DNA of 64,000 nucleotides from Owenia fusiformis (lineage: Eukaryota): positions 13,454,001 to 13,518,000 of the forward strand of contig CAIIXF020000001.1 in NCBI GenBank assembly GCA_903813345.2, given 5' to 3'. The notes under the pieces were generated by a model. It was not told the DNA's origin. It searched no databases and worked only from the letters and a program-made list of their open reading frames with translations. Made by a program: the position numbers and the translations under genes. Shown piece by piece: positions 62,459 through 64,000 of the stretch; the first letter of the stretch is position 1; every line of letters starts with the position of its first letter.

Positions 62459-64000
62459 GTAAGTTTATTTACTCAGGCCACCTCCCACACCCTCGTTTTA
62501 CATACTCACCTTGGACTGTAGGGAGGTAAGTCCATTTACTCAGGCCACCTCCCACACCCTCGTTTTACATACTCACCTTGGACTGTAGGGAGGTAAGTCC
62601 ATTTACTCAGGCCACCTCCCACACCCTCGTTTTACATACTCACCTTGGACTGTAGGGAGGTAAGTGTTTTTACTCAGGCCACCTCCCACACCCTCGTTTT
62701 ACATACTCACCTTGGACTGTAGGGAGGTAAGTTTATTTACTCAGGCCACCTCCCACACCCTCGTTTTACATACCAACCTTGGACTGTAGGGAGGTAAGTT
62801 TATTTACTCAGGCCACCTCCCACACCCTCTTTTTACATACACTTCCTTGGACTGTATGAAGGTAAGTGTTTTTACTCAGGCCACCTCCCACACCATCATT
62901 TTACATACCCACCTTGGATTGTATGAAGGTAAGTCCATTTACTCAGGCCACCTCCCACACCCTCGTTTTACATACCCACCTTGGACTGTAGGGAGGTAAG
63001 TTTATTTACTCAGGCCACCTCCCACACCCTCGTTTTACATACTCACCTTGGACTGTAGGGAGGTAAGTTTATTTACTCAGGCCACCTCCCACATCCTCGT
63101 TTTACATACTCACCTTGGACTGTAGGGAGGTAAGTTTATTACTCAGGCCACCTCCCACACCCTCGTTTTACATACTCACCTTGGACTGTAGGGAGGTAAG
63201 TTTATTTACTCAGGCCACCTCCCACACCCTCGTTTTACATACTCACCTTGGACTGTAGGGAGGTAAGTCCATTTACTCAGGCCACCTCCCACACCTTCGT
63301 TTTACATACTCACCTTGGACTGTAGGGAGGTAAGTCCATTTACTCAGGCCACCTCCCACACCCTCGTTTTACATACCCCCCTTGGACTGTAGGGAGGTAA
63401 GTTTATTTACTCAGGCCACCTCCCACACCCTCGTTTTACATACCCCCTTGGACTGTAGGGAGGTAAGTTTATTTACTCAGGCCACCTCCCACACCCTCGT
63501 TTTACATACACTTCCTTGGACTGTATGAAGGTAAGTGTTTTTACTCAGGCCACCTCCCACACCCTCATTTTACATACCCACCTTGGATTGTATGAAGGTA
63601 AGTCCATTTACTCAGGCCACCTCCCACACCCTCGTTTTACATACTCACCTTGGACTGTAGGGAGGTAAGTCCATTTACTCAGGCCACCTCCCACACCCTC
63701 GTTTTACATACCCCCCTTGGACTGTAGGGAGGTAAGTTTATTTACTCAGGCCACCTCCCACACCCTCGTTCTACATACCCACCTTGGACTGTAGGGAGGT
63801 AAGTTTATTTACTCAGGCCACCTCCCACACCCTCGTTTTACATACTCACCTTGGACTGTAGGGAGGTAAGTCCATTTACTCAGGCCACCTCCCACACCCT
63901 CATTTTACATACTCACCTTGGATTGTAGGGAGGTAAGTCCATTTACTCAGGCCACCTCCCACACCCTCGTTCTACATACTCACATTGGACTGTAGGGAGG
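62399..64000. repeat. 67-bp minisatellite (at least 23 copies, runs off the window) derived from the end of gene 4 exon 6 and its splice donor
   Basis: Unit TTTACTCAGGCCACCTCCCACACCCTCGTTTTACATACTCACCTTGGACTGTAGGGAGGTAAGT(TTA/CCA); donor GTs at 62459, 62526, 62593 and onward. Confidence 0.97.

Noticed and set aside
62270-62521. ORF-track frame VPRENILAATMY... as a third phase-1 cassette for the zinc-finger locus
   Set aside because: The phase-0 frame of the same exon gives a clear TMEM44/PQ-loop continuation consistent with the upstream exon.
62399-64000. CRISPR-like appearance of the regular arrays (also 24787-25330, 51603-52265, 60302-61382)
   Set aside because: The units are contiguous with no unique spacers, there are no cas genes, and the context is eukaryotic and spliced.

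Overview
AT-rich, intron-rich animal genomic DNA, probably from an invertebrate (repeat types and mosaic CpG depletion suggest a marine lophotrochozoan, but the taxon cannot be fixed from sequence). It is not prokaryotic, and most short ORFs in the six-frame track are noise. I assembled four + strand spliced gene models by hand from GT/AG sites with consistent intron phases. (1) A 133-aa orphan single-pass membrane protein with a Cys cluster and Tyr motifs (661-3718); its first intron holds a CAC...GTG TIR transposon carrying a C2H2 mini-gene. (2) A six-finger rotund/LIN-29/ZNF362-family transcription factor (promoter ~8.3 kb, CDS ~8668-30735, long 3' UTR). (3) A divergent seven-finger paralogue (42156-51639) with no evident promoter of its own. 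It can be spliced in frame to the 5' exons of gene 2 through a tandem GTAG|GT donor, and its C-terminus appears cut short by a 39-bp minisatellite. (4) A TMEM44/PQ-loop-family membrane protein (58845 to beyond the window end) in which one exon end plus its splice donor is amplified into a 67-bp tandem array. The rest is introns and intergenic DNA with Tc1/pogo, hAT, Mutator-like and Kolobok-like MITEs, Helentron-like elements and minisatellites. All gene models and family assignments are by-eye inferences; no database search or RNA evidence was available.
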